From positions 28,012-92,011 of the forward strand of contig JBQELZ010000007.1 of the NCBI GenBank assembly GCA_052104115.1: a stretch of 64,000 nucleotides of DNA, given 5' to 3'. Under the pieces are notes generated by a model. It had not been told where the DNA came from, did no database searches, and saw only the letters and a program-made list of their open reading frames with translations. Both the position numbers and the translations under genes were made by a program. This DNA comes from Vagococcus sp. (GTDB lineage: Bacteria > Bacillota > Bacilli > Lactobacillales > Vagococcaceae). Positions 10,959-20,215 of the stretch are shown here, in pieces (position 1 is the first letter of the stretch; every line of letters begins with the position of its first letter).

Positions 10959-11010
10959 AACAGATAGCTTTTTCTATCTGTTTTTTTGCTTGTCACTATT
11001 TTTGGCGAAT

Positions 11011-11027
11011 GTTACAATAGTATTACA
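11011..11027 (-). promoter_or_regulatory. WalR-like direct-repeat box overlapping the promoter of the surface protein gene
   Basis: Minus strand reads TGTAAT-ACTAT-TGTAAC, fitting TGTWAH-N5-TGTWAH. It overlaps the plus-strand extended -10 TG-T-TACAAT. Confidence 0.45.
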
Positions 11028-11050
11028 ACATGAAAACGGAGGCTCATCTT

Positions 11051-12196
11051 ATGAAAAAAAACATTATTTTCGGTCTATTATGTACAGTACTTACTGTCAC
11101 CTTTCCAGCATCTTTGTATGCAGAAGGCATACAAATAGACTCTAGCATAACTGAACAGACCACACAAAGTAGTGTTGACTCTAACATGATGACATCTTCT
11201 GACCAAACCGTTCCTAGTGACGTTCTCGAACCTGCTATCAACAGCTCTTCTAAAGAATCTGAACAAGACCCTTTAACGCCCAAAAAGTTAAACACGTGGA
11301 AAGATAATGGCTTCACTTATACCAAAATCTTTCAAGGTGGCACTCTTAAACCAGAAGATTTTGTTGCGAGTATCCAGGATGTCCATAAAATCTATGTCAA
11401 AGAAATTCAATTTGCTGACAATCAAGTCGCAAACACCTCTAAACCTGGCATCTATCATGTCACACTTACTATTATATCTGACGATGGTACTCTATACGAA
11501 GCGGATACACCCTATCTTGTCCAAAATAAAACACCTAGTATCAACATATATGACATCAACTATAACAATAAAAAAAATAGCATCTCTTTTACTGTTTCTG
11601 ATAACAATGCCATCGTCTATATGACTCCTGACTCAGAACTCGTAACCTATGAATGTAAACCAGATTCAAACGGACACTATGAAGCTACACTAAGGAAGGA
11701 TAAAAAGCCAGCAACCATCAGTTTTATTGCAATGGATTTAAAAGGAAATTATAGCAAAGAATCCATTTACCTCGTTGAAACAGACAATAGCGATAAGACG
11801 ATTCCATTATCAAATATATCTTATCAATTTGATACACATACTCTAATAGGTACAACAACACCAAATGCAACTATCGCCTTTTATATCGACAATGAAACAG
11901 GTAGCGATAAGACAATTACATCAGACAGTAATGGAGATTTTTCCTATACATTTGAAAAAACACCGACACTTATCACAATCAACATCTCACATAACGGAAA
12001 AACTCAAACGTACACCTTTTCTCCACATAAATTAGATAATGCTGACTTAAATCAGATAAAAAAGGACGCCAAATCGCTGCCTCATACAGGAGAGTCTCGA
12101 AACAAATGGGGATTCATCGTTATTGGTTTAGCTCTTATTGTCATTGTTCTCTTTAGTATATTAAAAAGAAGTAGTCGAGTTAAAAAACAAAATTAA
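11051..12196 (+). CDS. LPXTG-anchored surface protein with tandem Ig-like beta domains
   Basis: Signal peptide, S/T-rich spacer, beta-rich repeats (NTSKPGIYHVTLT; GTTTPNATI...SDSNGDFSYT), LPHTG followed by a hydrophobic stretch and basic tail. GGAGG RBS supports the 11051 start. Confidence 0.85.
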   Translation: MKKNIIFGLLCTVLTVTFPASLYAEGIQIDSSITEQTTQSSVDSNMMTSSDQTVPSDVLEPAINSSSKESEQDPLTPKKLNTWKDNGFTYTKIFQGGTLKPEDFVASIQDVHKIYVKEIQFADNQVANTSKPGIYHVTLTIISDDGTLYEADTPYLVQNKTPSINIYDINYNNKKNSISFTVSDNNAIVYMTPDSELVTYECKPDSNGHYEATLRKDKKPATISFIAMDLKGNYSKESIYLVETDNSDKTIPLSNISYQFDTHTLIGTTTPNATIAFYIDNETGSDKTITSDSNGDFSYTFEKTPTLITINISHNGKTQTYTFSPHKLDNADLNQIKKDAKSLPHTGESRNKWGFIVIGLALIVIVLFSILKRSSRVKKQN

Positions 12197-12230
12197 ATAA
12201 ACCCACTCATTAAATAGTGAGTGGGTTTAT

Positions 12231-12809
12231 TTAGTCGTAATATCTATCTGCATCAATGCATTTGTCCCATATGACAGCTTCTTTTTCTACTAACGATTTT
12301 TTCACATCTAGTAACCGTTGATTGCTACTACCTCTAAATTGTAAACTCACGTCTCGTTTACTTAATTCAAACCGACCATCTACTAGTACATCTATGAGAG
12401 AGAGTAGCGCTAGTTTGTCATCTGTTTCTTGTAACAACTCTTCAAATGTATAACCTGACCATGACCAAATATCTTTTGAGTGACCGTATACCTCTCGCAC
12501 CTTTGTGACAAGTTTTAAACAAACTTCTGTATTTAAAAAAGGTTCTCCTCCAAGTAACGTCAACCCTTGGACATAATCATGACTTAAATCATCAATAATC
12601 GCCTGTTCCAACTCTTTTGTGTAAGGCGTGCCGTATTTAAAATTTTGAATGGCCTTATTAAAGCACCCTTCACACGCAAACAAACACCCACTTACATAAA
12701 TACTACATCTCACACCTTCCCCATCAACAAACATGAATGGTTTATAATCAGCTATATAGTGCTGACTGTACTGACTTGATTCCCATTCTTTTGGTTTTGG
12801 GCGCCTCAT
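12231..12809 (-). CDS. nrdG: Anaerobic ribonucleotide reductase activase
   Basis: Radical-SAM CLFACEGC motif, LLGGEP, FRGSSNQR; directly downstream of nrdD. Confidence 0.96.
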   Translation of the reverse strand: MRRPKPKEWESSQYSQHYIADYKPFMFVDGEGVRCSIYVSGCLFACEGCFNKAIQNFKYGTPYTKELEQAIIDDLSHDYVQGLTLLGGEPFLNTEVCLKLVTKVREVYGHSKDIWSWSGYTFEELLQETDDKLALLSLIDVLVDGRFELSKRDVSLQFRGSSNQRLLDVKKSLVEKEAVIWDKCIDADRYYD

Positions 12810-12869
12810 AATATCATCTCCTAAAAAGACAAGGAAAGAACACTCAGATCCTTTCCTTGTTTGCTATTG

Positions 12870-15068
12870 CTACTTCATATGTTTCACACGTGATGAAATC
12901 TCTTTGTGTCGGCCATAAACCATTGGACGAGCTTGAGGATTACCCAAATACCCACACGTCCGTTTTACAACGTCACAGGTTTTAGGATCATGATTTCCAC
13001 ATTCTGGGCATTCAAATCCTCGTGCTGTTGGATTAAAATCACCTGAATACCCACATTCATAACAATGATCGATTGGCGTATTAGTTCCTAAATAGCCTAT
13101 CTTGTCATAAGAGTAGTCCCAAACGGCTTCCAAAGCTTTTCTATTTTGTTGAAGTACTGGATACTCACAGTAATGAATAAATCCACCTGAACAATATACA
13201 GGATAATCTTTCTCAAAATCTAATTTTTCAAAAGGTGTCGGATTTTTTCTAACATCATAATGAAAACTATTTGTATAGTAGTCTTTATCTGTAATATTTT
13301 CTACTTCCCCAAATTTTTCCCGGTCAATGCGACAAAATCGGTCTGTTAAGCTCTCACTTGGCGTTGAGTAGACACTAAAGTGATAACCATATTCATCTCC
13401 CCAGTCATCGGCATGAGATTTTAGGAATCGTAATATATCTAATGTAAACTCTTTAGCTTCTGGATTGTCCTCCCACTCCCCACCAAAGAAAGTTGAAGCT
13501 ACTTCATATAATCCAATATACCCCATTGATACAGTGGCACGTTTATTCTTAAACAATTCATCTACAGAATCAGTTTTGTTTAACTTATTACCAAATGCCC
13601 CGTGCATGTATAGTATAGGTGCATTTGCTGGTGTCGCTTCTTTACAACGATCAATTCGAAAAACGAGAGCATCTTTCATAATACCTAATCGTGTTTCGAG
13701 TAACGACCAAAATTTATCTTCATCGCCTTTGGCTTCTAGCGCAATACGAGGCAAGTTTAATGTCACTACTCCCAAGTTCATACGTCCAGCATTCACTTCT
13801 TCGCCTTGCTCATTCTTCCAACCTTGTAAAAATGATCGACAGCCCATTGGAACTTTGAAACTTCCAGTTAATTCTACAATCTTGTCATAATTTAAAATAT
13901 CAGGATACATTCTTTTAGTCGCGCATTCTAATGCAAGTTCTTTCACATCATAGTTAGGATCACTTGGTTTATGATTGACGCCATCTTTAATCGTAAAAAT
14001 CAACTTAGGAAAAATAGCTGTTCGGTGTTCTTCCCCTAATCCTTTGATTCTATTTTGGAAAATCGCACGTTGAATTTCTCGTTCAAACCAATTTGTCCCA
14101 AGTCCAAATCCTAATGACGTAAAAGGAGTTTGACCATTAGAGGTAAAGAGTGTATTAATTTCATACTCTAGGCTTTGCATAGCATCATAGATGTCTTTTT
14201 TTGTTTTTTCTTTCGCATAGGCATCATGTTTTGCCTCATCTTCAATCCATTCTTTGGCATCACTTAAATGTTTGTCATAATTTTTCTCAGCAAAAGGAGC
14301 CAAAAATTCATCAATACGGTCTGCTGAACAGCCACCATATTGACTAGACGCAACATTAGCTATGATTTGAGAGATTTGAGCAGTCGCTGTCTGAATGGAT
14401 TTTGGTGCTTCCACCTCTGCATTTCCTATTTTAAATCCATTGTTTAGCATGCCTTTAAAATCAATTAAACAGCAATTAGTCATTGGAGAGTATGGATGAT
14501 AATCTAAATCATGATAATGAATATCTCCCTTTTGATGAGCATTTGCCACATGGGGTGGTAATAGTTTTAGACCTATTGATTTCCCGACAATGCCCGCTGT
14601 CAGATCACGCTGTGTATTAAACACGTCACTATCTTTATTGGCATTTTCATTCACCAACTGACTATCTTTATTTAATAATTTTCCAATTGTAAAGTTAATA
14701 TCTGTCGAACGACTTCTTTCAAAATCACGTCGTGTTCGGTAATTAATATACTCTTCTGCCAAATCATACGCACCATTGTCTAACAATGTATGCTCTACTA
14801 TGTTTTGAATCTCATAAATCTTTATATTCGTTGTAAAACGTTCAATGATTTCTTCATCAACCAATTGAACGAGAGTTTCAATTCGTTTTAATGACACACT
14901 TGTCACTTGTCCATTAATTTTGGTTTCAGCTTTCACCAAAGCATCTAAAATTTTAGCGTCGTCAAAAGATACAACACGACCATCCCGTTTGATGACTTGC
15001 ACATTGCTCAATTGAGAACTAAGTGTACCAACACTCTCCTTAAATCGATTGATTTCAATCATTTTCAT
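12870..15068 (-). CDS. nrdD: Anaerobic (class III) ribonucleoside-triphosphate reductase
   Basis: ATP cone (VIKRDGR), TNCCL, PMGCRSF, TPSESL, Zn-site CYECG/CPECG and glycyl-radical loop RTCGYLG. Confidence 0.97.
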   Translation of the reverse strand: MKMIEINRFKESVGTLSSQLSNVQVIKRDGRVVSFDDAKILDALVKAETKINGQVTSVSLKRIETLVQLVDEEIIERFTTNIKIYEIQNIVEHTLLDNGAYDLAEEYINYRTRRDFERSRSTDINFTIGKLLNKDSQLVNENANKDSDVFNTQRDLTAGIVGKSIGLKLLPPHVANAHQKGDIHYHDLDYHPYSPMTNCCLIDFKGMLNNGFKIGNAEVEAPKSIQTATAQISQIIANVASSQYGGCSADRIDEFLAPFAEKNYDKHLSDAKEWIEDEAKHDAYAKEKTKKDIYDAMQSLEYEINTLFTSNGQTPFTSLGFGLGTNWFEREIQRAIFQNRIKGLGEEHRTAIFPKLIFTIKDGVNHKPSDPNYDVKELALECATKRMYPDILNYDKIVELTGSFKVPMGCRSFLQGWKNEQGEEVNAGRMNLGVVTLNLPRIALEAKGDEDKFWSLLETRLGIMKDALVFRIDRCKEATPANAPILYMHGAFGNKLNKTDSVDELFKNKRATVSMGYIGLYEVASTFFGGEWEDNPEAKEFTLDILRFLKSHADDWGDEYGYHFSVYSTPSESLTDRFCRIDREKFGEVENITDKDYYTNSFHYDVRKNPTPFEKLDFEKDYPVYCSGGFIHYCEYPVLQQNRKALEAVWDYSYDKIGYLGTNTPIDHCYECGYSGDFNPTARGFECPECGNHDPKTCDVVKRTCGYLGNPQARPMVYGRHKEISSRVKHMK

Positions 15069-15089
15069 CAGTCTCCTTTTTCTTTCATC

Positions 15090-15176
15090 CTATATATAAT
15101 ATCCCATACGCAAGTCTTTATCAACTATATATAGTATGTTTATTTTTTAAAAAGGTATTGACATCTATATATAGTG
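15090..15176. promoter_or_regulatory. Tandem NrdR boxes
   Basis: Palindromic CTATATATAG cores at 15125-15134 and 15165-15174, plus a partial CTATATATA at 15090-15098, upstream of nrdD. Confidence 0.75.
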
Positions 15177-15235
15177 ATTATCTAGAGGTTTATCCCATTG
15201 ATATTTTTTTAAAAAATCTTCTGTTCGATTTCGTT

Positions 15236-16003
15236 CTATCCCTCACAAAAAAAAGCCTCATCGGCTATTTTTTTTACTATATTATACACATTGGCTTCAC
15301 TAAAAGGCTCTGAGGCTGAAAATAATAACGTGGTCTCATCTACTTTCAACTGCTCTGATACTTCAAACACTAATTTCCCTTTCGTTGAAATATCTGGGTT
15401 TAAATGTTGATATGTAATATATTGTTCTGAAATATTAGATAGTCTTGTCGGTTCATATTCATTTTCACCACTTACCAATCTAAAATAACTTGAATTGATA
15501 CTTGTTGGTTTTGTTCCTTCATTCAATATTTCCACGTCAATGAGTAAGTACTTACCACTTTCTGATTTATAACTCAAATAACTTCCATCTTTTACTTCTT
15601 TTTCCTCTTTGCTTCCTGTTACTTTTAATTTTAACGTTTCTGATACAGCAAATGTATCCATAGTAATATTTTTTCCTTTTGTTAATGGTTTGTTTAAAGT
15701 CGCTTGTTCGTTCGCCTTAATTGTTTCTTCCAATTTTTCCACACGCTCTTGCGTTAGTATTAATTCCTGTTTGTAACTAAAGGACTCACTTTTATTCACA
15801 ACTAGTATCGTTAGTAAGAGAATCGTCACCCAAAAACTTGGCACCAGATAAAAAGGCGGCTGTTTGGTATAGACTTGGCCTTTACGATCTGTTACTTGTG
15901 TTCGCTTTAAATACTTACTTTTACTTTTCTTATATTTAGATGGCTTATTTGAACGACTCGAATGTTTTTTAAGTGTCTGTCTATTTTTCTTTTTTTTCCC
16001 CAT
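15236..16003 (-). CDS. Membrane-anchored DUF4352-like protein
   Basis: K/R/S-rich N-terminus, one TM helix, short coiled coil, then GKYLLIDVEILNEG...F.LV.G..EY...LNPDIS.KGKLVFEV typical of the DUF4352 Ig-like domain. Confidence 0.7.
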   Translation of the reverse strand: MGKKKKNRQTLKKHSSRSNKPSKYKKSKSKYLKRTQVTDRKGQVYTKQPPFYLVPSFWVTILLLTILVVNKSESFSYKQELILTQERVEKLEETIKANEQATLNKPLTKGKNITMDTFAVSETLKLKVTGSKEEKEVKDGSYLSYKSESGKYLLIDVEILNEGTKPTSINSSYFRLVSGENEYEPTRLSNISEQYITYQHLNPDISTKGKLVFEVSEQLKVDETTLLFSASEPFSEANVYNIVKKIADEAFFCEG

Positions 16004-16135
16004 ATTGTCACATCCATTTTTTTACTTTTAAACACCTCATCCTTATCCTATCATTTTAACTCTAAAATCTCCATATCTTATGAACAACATTCATTTTTTA
16101 AGCAAACAAAAAACGACTTTCAAAAAGTCGTTTAT

Positions 16136-16927
16136 CTATGAATAATTATAAAGAATAGATGCAATAATGTATAATATCCATATATGAGCTGGATAAAAAA
16201 CATAGAAGAATGATTTCATTGATTTCCCTTTTTCACCATTATAAAACCATATAGGTATAATTGAAAAAATCATCATCCATTGAGTGTTTGTAGTAAATGC
16301 TGCACCAGGATTACTTATAAAAAATAATATACTAACGACAGCAATGACCACACATTGCCATGCTCTCTTATCTTTTAATAGGTAAAGAACAGGAGCAATA
16401 TACAACATAATACTATTTTCAGCTAGTAGCGTTACTGGTACTAATCGCATTGGAATCAACATTAAAGGTGTATTGAATGTCATTAACCACATTATTCCTA
16501 CAGAAAAAAGTATTGGTAATAAAAAGCATGCTACAGCTTGTAATAACGTACTTACTTTTCTAGTTTTTTTGTATTCTTTAACCAAATCAACCCCATACAT
16601 CGCTAATACTGCAATAAATAAATCTGCAAATATATTGTTTTGAAGCCCCATATCTCCTAACTGAAAAAAATGTTGAACAATTTGTGTTCCAAATCCCATT
16701 ATCCAAAAACCAATAAGCAATCGACTTAGGTATTTCTTTTTGTCTCTAGTGTGAGAAAAACCCACAACACTTACAAAGAAAAATAGGGTTGCCACTGGAC
16801 GACCAAACCAATCCAGCCAATTTGGAGCTCCCATGATAGAAAACATTTGATGTATATGGTCTATAAACATCAATGTAATACCTATTATTTTCAAATCAAA
16901 CGTAGTAAATCCTTTTTTAGTCCTCAT
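16136..16927 (-). CDS. TraX-family membrane protein (putative acyltransferase)
   Basis: FDLKIIGITLMFIDH, GRPVATLFFF...GF.HTRD..KYL.RL and YNGEKG...FFYVFYP.H motifs. Confidence 0.85.
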   Translation of the reverse strand: MRTKKGFTTFDLKIIGITLMFIDHIHQMFSIMGAPNWLDWFGRPVATLFFFVSVVGFSHTRDKKKYLSRLLIGFWIMGFGTQIVQHFFQLGDMGLQNNIFADLFIAVLAMYGVDLVKEYKKTRKVSTLLQAVACFLLPILFSVGIMWLMTFNTPLMLIPMRLVPVTLLAENSIMLYIAPVLYLLKDKRAWQCVVIAVVSILFFISNPGAAFTTNTQWMMIFSIIPIWFYNGEKGKSMKSFFYVFYPAHIWILYIIASILYNYS

Positions 16928-16974
16928 AACTTTTATCCTCCACTTTTTTATAACTTAGGTATATTATACAAGTT

Positions 16975-17024
16975 AAGTAGTCAAAATACTCCTTACATTA
17001 ATGTAAGGAGTATTTTGACTACTT
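16975..17024. repeat. Perfect 50-bp palindrome
   Basis: AAGTAGTCAAAATACTCCTTACATT|AATGTAAGGAGTATTTTGACTACTT: two 25-bp arms with no loop. Confidence 0.95.
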
Positions 17025-17089
17025 GGTAGATAATACGGCCATAGTTATATTATTGTAGGGTTCATTAAAAAATTAAAACCTTAGCTCAA

Positions 17090-17128
17090 AAAAAGCCAGA
17101 AACAATTTAATTTGTCTCTGGCTTTTTA
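17090..17128. terminator. Intrinsic terminator of the infC-rpmI-rplT operon
   Basis: AAAAAAGCCAGA...TCTGGCTTTTT hairpin just after the rplT stop. Confidence 0.75.
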
Positions 17129-17136
17129 TTCGTTCA

Positions 17137-17496
17137 TTATTTTGCTAAAGCAGTTTTAGCTGTTTCAGCTAATGTTGTAAATGCTTCTGGATCATGAATT
17201 GCTAATTCAGATAACATTTTACGGTTGATGTCGATTTCAGCTAATTTTAAGCCATGCATCATTTTGCTGTAGCTTAAACCGTTCATACGAGCGCCAGCGT
17301 TAATACGAGCGATCCATAATTTACGGAAGTTACGTTTTGTTTGACGACGATCTCTAAATGCATATGTATGAGATTTCATCACTTGTTCTTTTGCTGTTTT
17401 ATATAATGTATGTTTTGAGCCATAGTAGCCTTTAGCTAACTTAAGCACTTTTTTACGACGTTGGCGAGTTACTGTTCCACCTTTTACACGTGCCAT
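17137..17496 (-). CDS. rplT: 50S ribosomal protein L20
   Basis: [26 protein letters not shown]...WIARINA. Confidence 0.99.
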   Translation of the reverse strand: MARVKGGTVTRQRRKKVLKLAKGYYGSKHTLYKTAKEQVMKSHTYAFRDRRQTKRNFRKLWIARINAGARMNGLSYSKMMHGLKLAEIDINRKMLSELAIHDPEAFTTLAETAKTALAK

Positions 17497-17563
17497 GATA
17501 ATTCCTCCTTGAGTTCTCTTTTAAATTCTTTGAATTTTTTAGTCATTATCAGAAACTAAAAAA

Positions 17564-17764
17564 CTATTTCATACGAGTTAATTGTTGACGAATACGTTTG
17601 TAATCGCCTTTTGCAACCATACGTGGACGACGTAATTGACGACGTTGTTTTTTAGTTTTTCCGTGGAAACGGTGACTTGTAAACGCACGGTATCTTTTTA
17701 ATCCGCCACCACCAGTACGCTTAACACGTTTAGCTAGTCCGCGGTGAGTTTTCATTTTTGGCAT
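17564..17764 (-). CDS. rpmI: 50S ribosomal protein L35
   Basis: [20 protein letters not shown]. Start corrected to 17764 (GAGGAGG RBS). Confidence 0.98.
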   Translation of the reverse strand: MPKMKTHRGLAKRVKRTGGGGLKRYRAFTSHRFHGKTKKQRRQLRRPRMVAKGDYKRIRQQLTRMK

Positions 17765-17786
17765 TTGATTTTCCTCCTCAGATTGT

Positions 17787-18311
17787 TTACTGCTTATCTG
17801 CTTTTGGCGCAAGCATGATGAACATACTTCTGCCATCCATTTTCGCTTTTTGTTCTACTGTTGCAATATCTTCTGTTTCAGTAGCTAAGCGATTTAAGAC
17901 GTTCTGACCAATTTCTTTATGGGTAATAGCACGACCTTTGAATCGGATAGAAGCTTTCACTTTGTCTCCTTTTTCAAGAAACTTACGTGCATTACGCAAT
18001 TTTGTATTAAAATCATTGACATCGATCGTTGGACTTAAGCGAACTTCTTTTACATTGATCACTTTTTGTTTTTTTCGGGCTTCGCGTTCTTTCTTTTGCT
18101 GTTCAAAACGGAATTTGCCGTGGTCCATTACTTTCGCAACTGGTGGCTTCGCGTTTGGTGCCACTAAGACTAAGTCTAGATTGGCATCTTCAGCTATCTT
18201 TAACGCTTCAGCTTTTGTTTTAACACCCAACTGCTCTCCGTCTGCTGCAATTAAACGTAATTCTCTTGCACGAATGCCGTCATTCACCATAATATCTTTT
18301 GCTATGGTCAT
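17787..18311 (-). CDS. infC: Translation initiation factor IF-3
   Basis: [12 protein letters not shown]...[10 protein letters not shown]...FRGRAITH-type motifs. The real start may be ATA at 18305. Confidence 0.98.
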   Translation of the reverse strand: MTIAKDIMVNDGIRARELRLIAADGEQLGVKTKAEALKIAEDANLDLVLVAPNAKPPVAKVMDHGKFRFEQQKKEREARKKQKVINVKEVRLSPTIDVNDFNTKLRNARKFLEKGDKVKASIRFKGRAITHKEIGQNVLNRLATETEDIATVEQKAKMDGRSMFIMLAPKADKQ

Positions 18312-18339
18312 TCACCTCCAAAATTATTAGAGAAAAATA

Positions 18340-18480
18340 CAGAAAAAAATACGAGTCTTTTTTAAAGAGCCCGCACCACAAATATCCATAAACCATCAAA
18401 AGATGATAGGATTATCTTATCTAGCCCAGTCATAGCAATAACTAAGGCGAGAAGCGGGTGCTCCTGCTTTATTTCTCAAC
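18340..18480 (-). ncRNA. L20 ribosomal-protein leader RNA
   Basis: 5' UTR of infC containing AAGCAGGAGCACCCGCTTCTCGCC and a downstream GTGCGGGCTC/U-rich element, as in Firmicute L20 leaders. Promoter TTGACT (18514-18509) / TATAAT (18492-18487). Confidence 0.8.
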
Positions 18481-18592
18481 TCCCTTATTATATCAGCTGT
18501 CACTTAAAAGTCAATACTTTTCTTTATTTTATTTCATCATTGAAATGTGATAACCTTAACTATGTTGATTATATATATGAAAGGAATACATT

Positions 18593-20212
18593 ATGTTAGG
18601 GAATTTTATACGTTTGTTAAAAGAAGAATTTAAAGGTTACACAAAAAAAGATCTCTTGAAGGATTTAATGGCAGGAGTTACCGTAGCTGCTGTTGCGCTC
18701 CCTCTAGCTCTGGCTTTCGGTGTGTCTAGTGGAGCTAGCGCTGCCTCTGGCCTCATTACAGCTATCGTCGCAGGTGTTGTCATTAGTTCACTTTCAGGTG
18801 GCTTTTTCCAAATATCTGGACCTACTGGGGCCATGGCTGCTATTCTGGTATCCATTATTGCAAAATATGGGATGAATGGCGTCTTTTTAGCCACACTTGT
18901 CGCAGGTATTATTTTACTCATTGCAGGTATCTTCAAATTAGGTGTACTCGGAAATATCATTCCGTCTTCCGTGATTACCGGTTTCACATCAGGGATAGCA
19001 ATTATCATCGCACTCGGTCAAATTGATAACTTTTTCGGTGTCACTTCTACGGGATCTAATCCGTTTCAAAAAATACAGAGTTATTTTACGCAAGGATTCT
19101 CTCCACAATTCATTGCTACAGCTATAGGTTTAGGTGTCATCCTCTTGATGATTGTCTTTCCTAAAAAATGGAATGCTGTTGTTCCCTCTTCACTCGTTGC
19201 CATCATCTTAACTACTTTAGCTGTCTTAGTCTTTAAACTAGATGTTCCGAAAGTTGGAACCATTCCTACCTCTCTAATAGCTGACGAACGTTTAGATCTG
19301 TCTATGATTGATACCCATATGATAAAAAATTTGTTATCACCCGCTATTAGTATCGCCGTTTTAGGAATGATTGAAAGTTTATTATGTGGTGCTTCTGCTA
19401 GTAAGATGACTGGAAAACCTATTGATAACAACCAAGAACTTATCGCACAAGGGGTAGGCAATATCGTTCTGCCATTTTTTGGAGGTATCCCCGCAACTGC
19501 AGCAATTGCACGTAGTAGTGTTGCAGTAAAGTCTGGAGCAATCACGCGTTTAACTGGAATTTTCCATGCGGTTGTTCTACTACTTTCTATGTTTTTATTC
19601 GCTCCATTTATGTCTAATATTCCTCTAAGCGCTCTTGCTGGTGTCTTAATCGTGACAGCCTGGCGTATGAACGATTGGGATAGTATCAACTACTTATTTT
19701 CTCATCGATTGAAGAGTGGAATGATTAAATTTAGCGTTACTATGATTGCCACAGTCGTGCTTGATTTGAGTATGGCTATCCTAATCGGTACTACATTTGC
19801 ATTCATTCATTTTATTATGAAAAGTGCTCATATTGATGTCAACATAGAACAAGTTGATCCAGAAAGAATGGGCTTCCCCTCTACGACGTCACCAATAAAC
19901 TGGCAAGTTGTGTATGTGACTGGCCCTCTCTTTTTTATGAGTGCCGAAACCTTAAAATCTCGTTTAGATACTATAAAAAAAGAGGACCATGTCATTTTTT
20001 CACTTCGAGGCGTCCCAACAATTGATGTAACTGCGAGCCGGATGTTACTTGATTTTTATCAAGAAGAGTCCGATAATGGTCGAGAGATTATCTTTGCTTC
20101 TGTGAATCCTGCTGTTCTCGATCAATTTAAAAAAGCTGGATTTGGAGATGTCAATGAGCAAAGTCATCTTTATCCATCTGTGGATAGATTTTTAAGCACC
20201 ATATTACACTAA
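18593..20212 (+). CDS. SulP/SLC26-family anion transporter with STAS domain
   Basis: DLMAGVTVAAVALPLALAFG, QISGPTGA, NQELIAQG, GIPATAAIARS; C-terminal GPLFF...IDVTA STAS domain. Confidence 0.93.
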   Translation: MLGNFIRLLKEEFKGYTKKDLLKDLMAGVTVAAVALPLALAFGVSSGASAASGLITAIVAGVVISSLSGGFFQISGPTGAMAAILVSIIAKYGMNGVFLATLVAGIILLIAGIFKLGVLGNIIPSSVITGFTSGIAIIIALGQIDNFFGVTSTGSNPFQKIQSYFTQGFSPQFIATAIGLGVILLMIVFPKKWNAVVPSSLVAIILTTLAVLVFKLDVPKVGTIPTSLIADERLDLSMIDTHMIKNLLSPAISIAVLGMIESLLCGASASKMTGKPIDNNQELIAQGVGNIVLPFFGGIPATAAIARSSVAVKSGAITRLTGIFHAVVLLLSMFLFAPFMSNIPLSALAGVLIVTAWRMNDWDSINYLFSHRLKSGMIKFSVTMIATVVLDLSMAILIGTTFAFIHFIMKSAHIDVNIEQVDPERMGFPSTTSPINWQVVYVTGPLFFMSAETLKSRLDTIKKEDHVIFSLRGVPTIDVTASRMLLDFYQEESDNGREIIFASVNPAVLDQFKKAGFGDVNEQSHLYPSVDRFLSTILH

Positions 20213-20215
20213 GGA

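Noticed and set aside
16136-16927. traX as evidence of a conjugative element
   Set aside because: No relaxase, T4SS or integrase genes nearby; stand-alone chromosomal TraX-family genes are common in Firmicutes.
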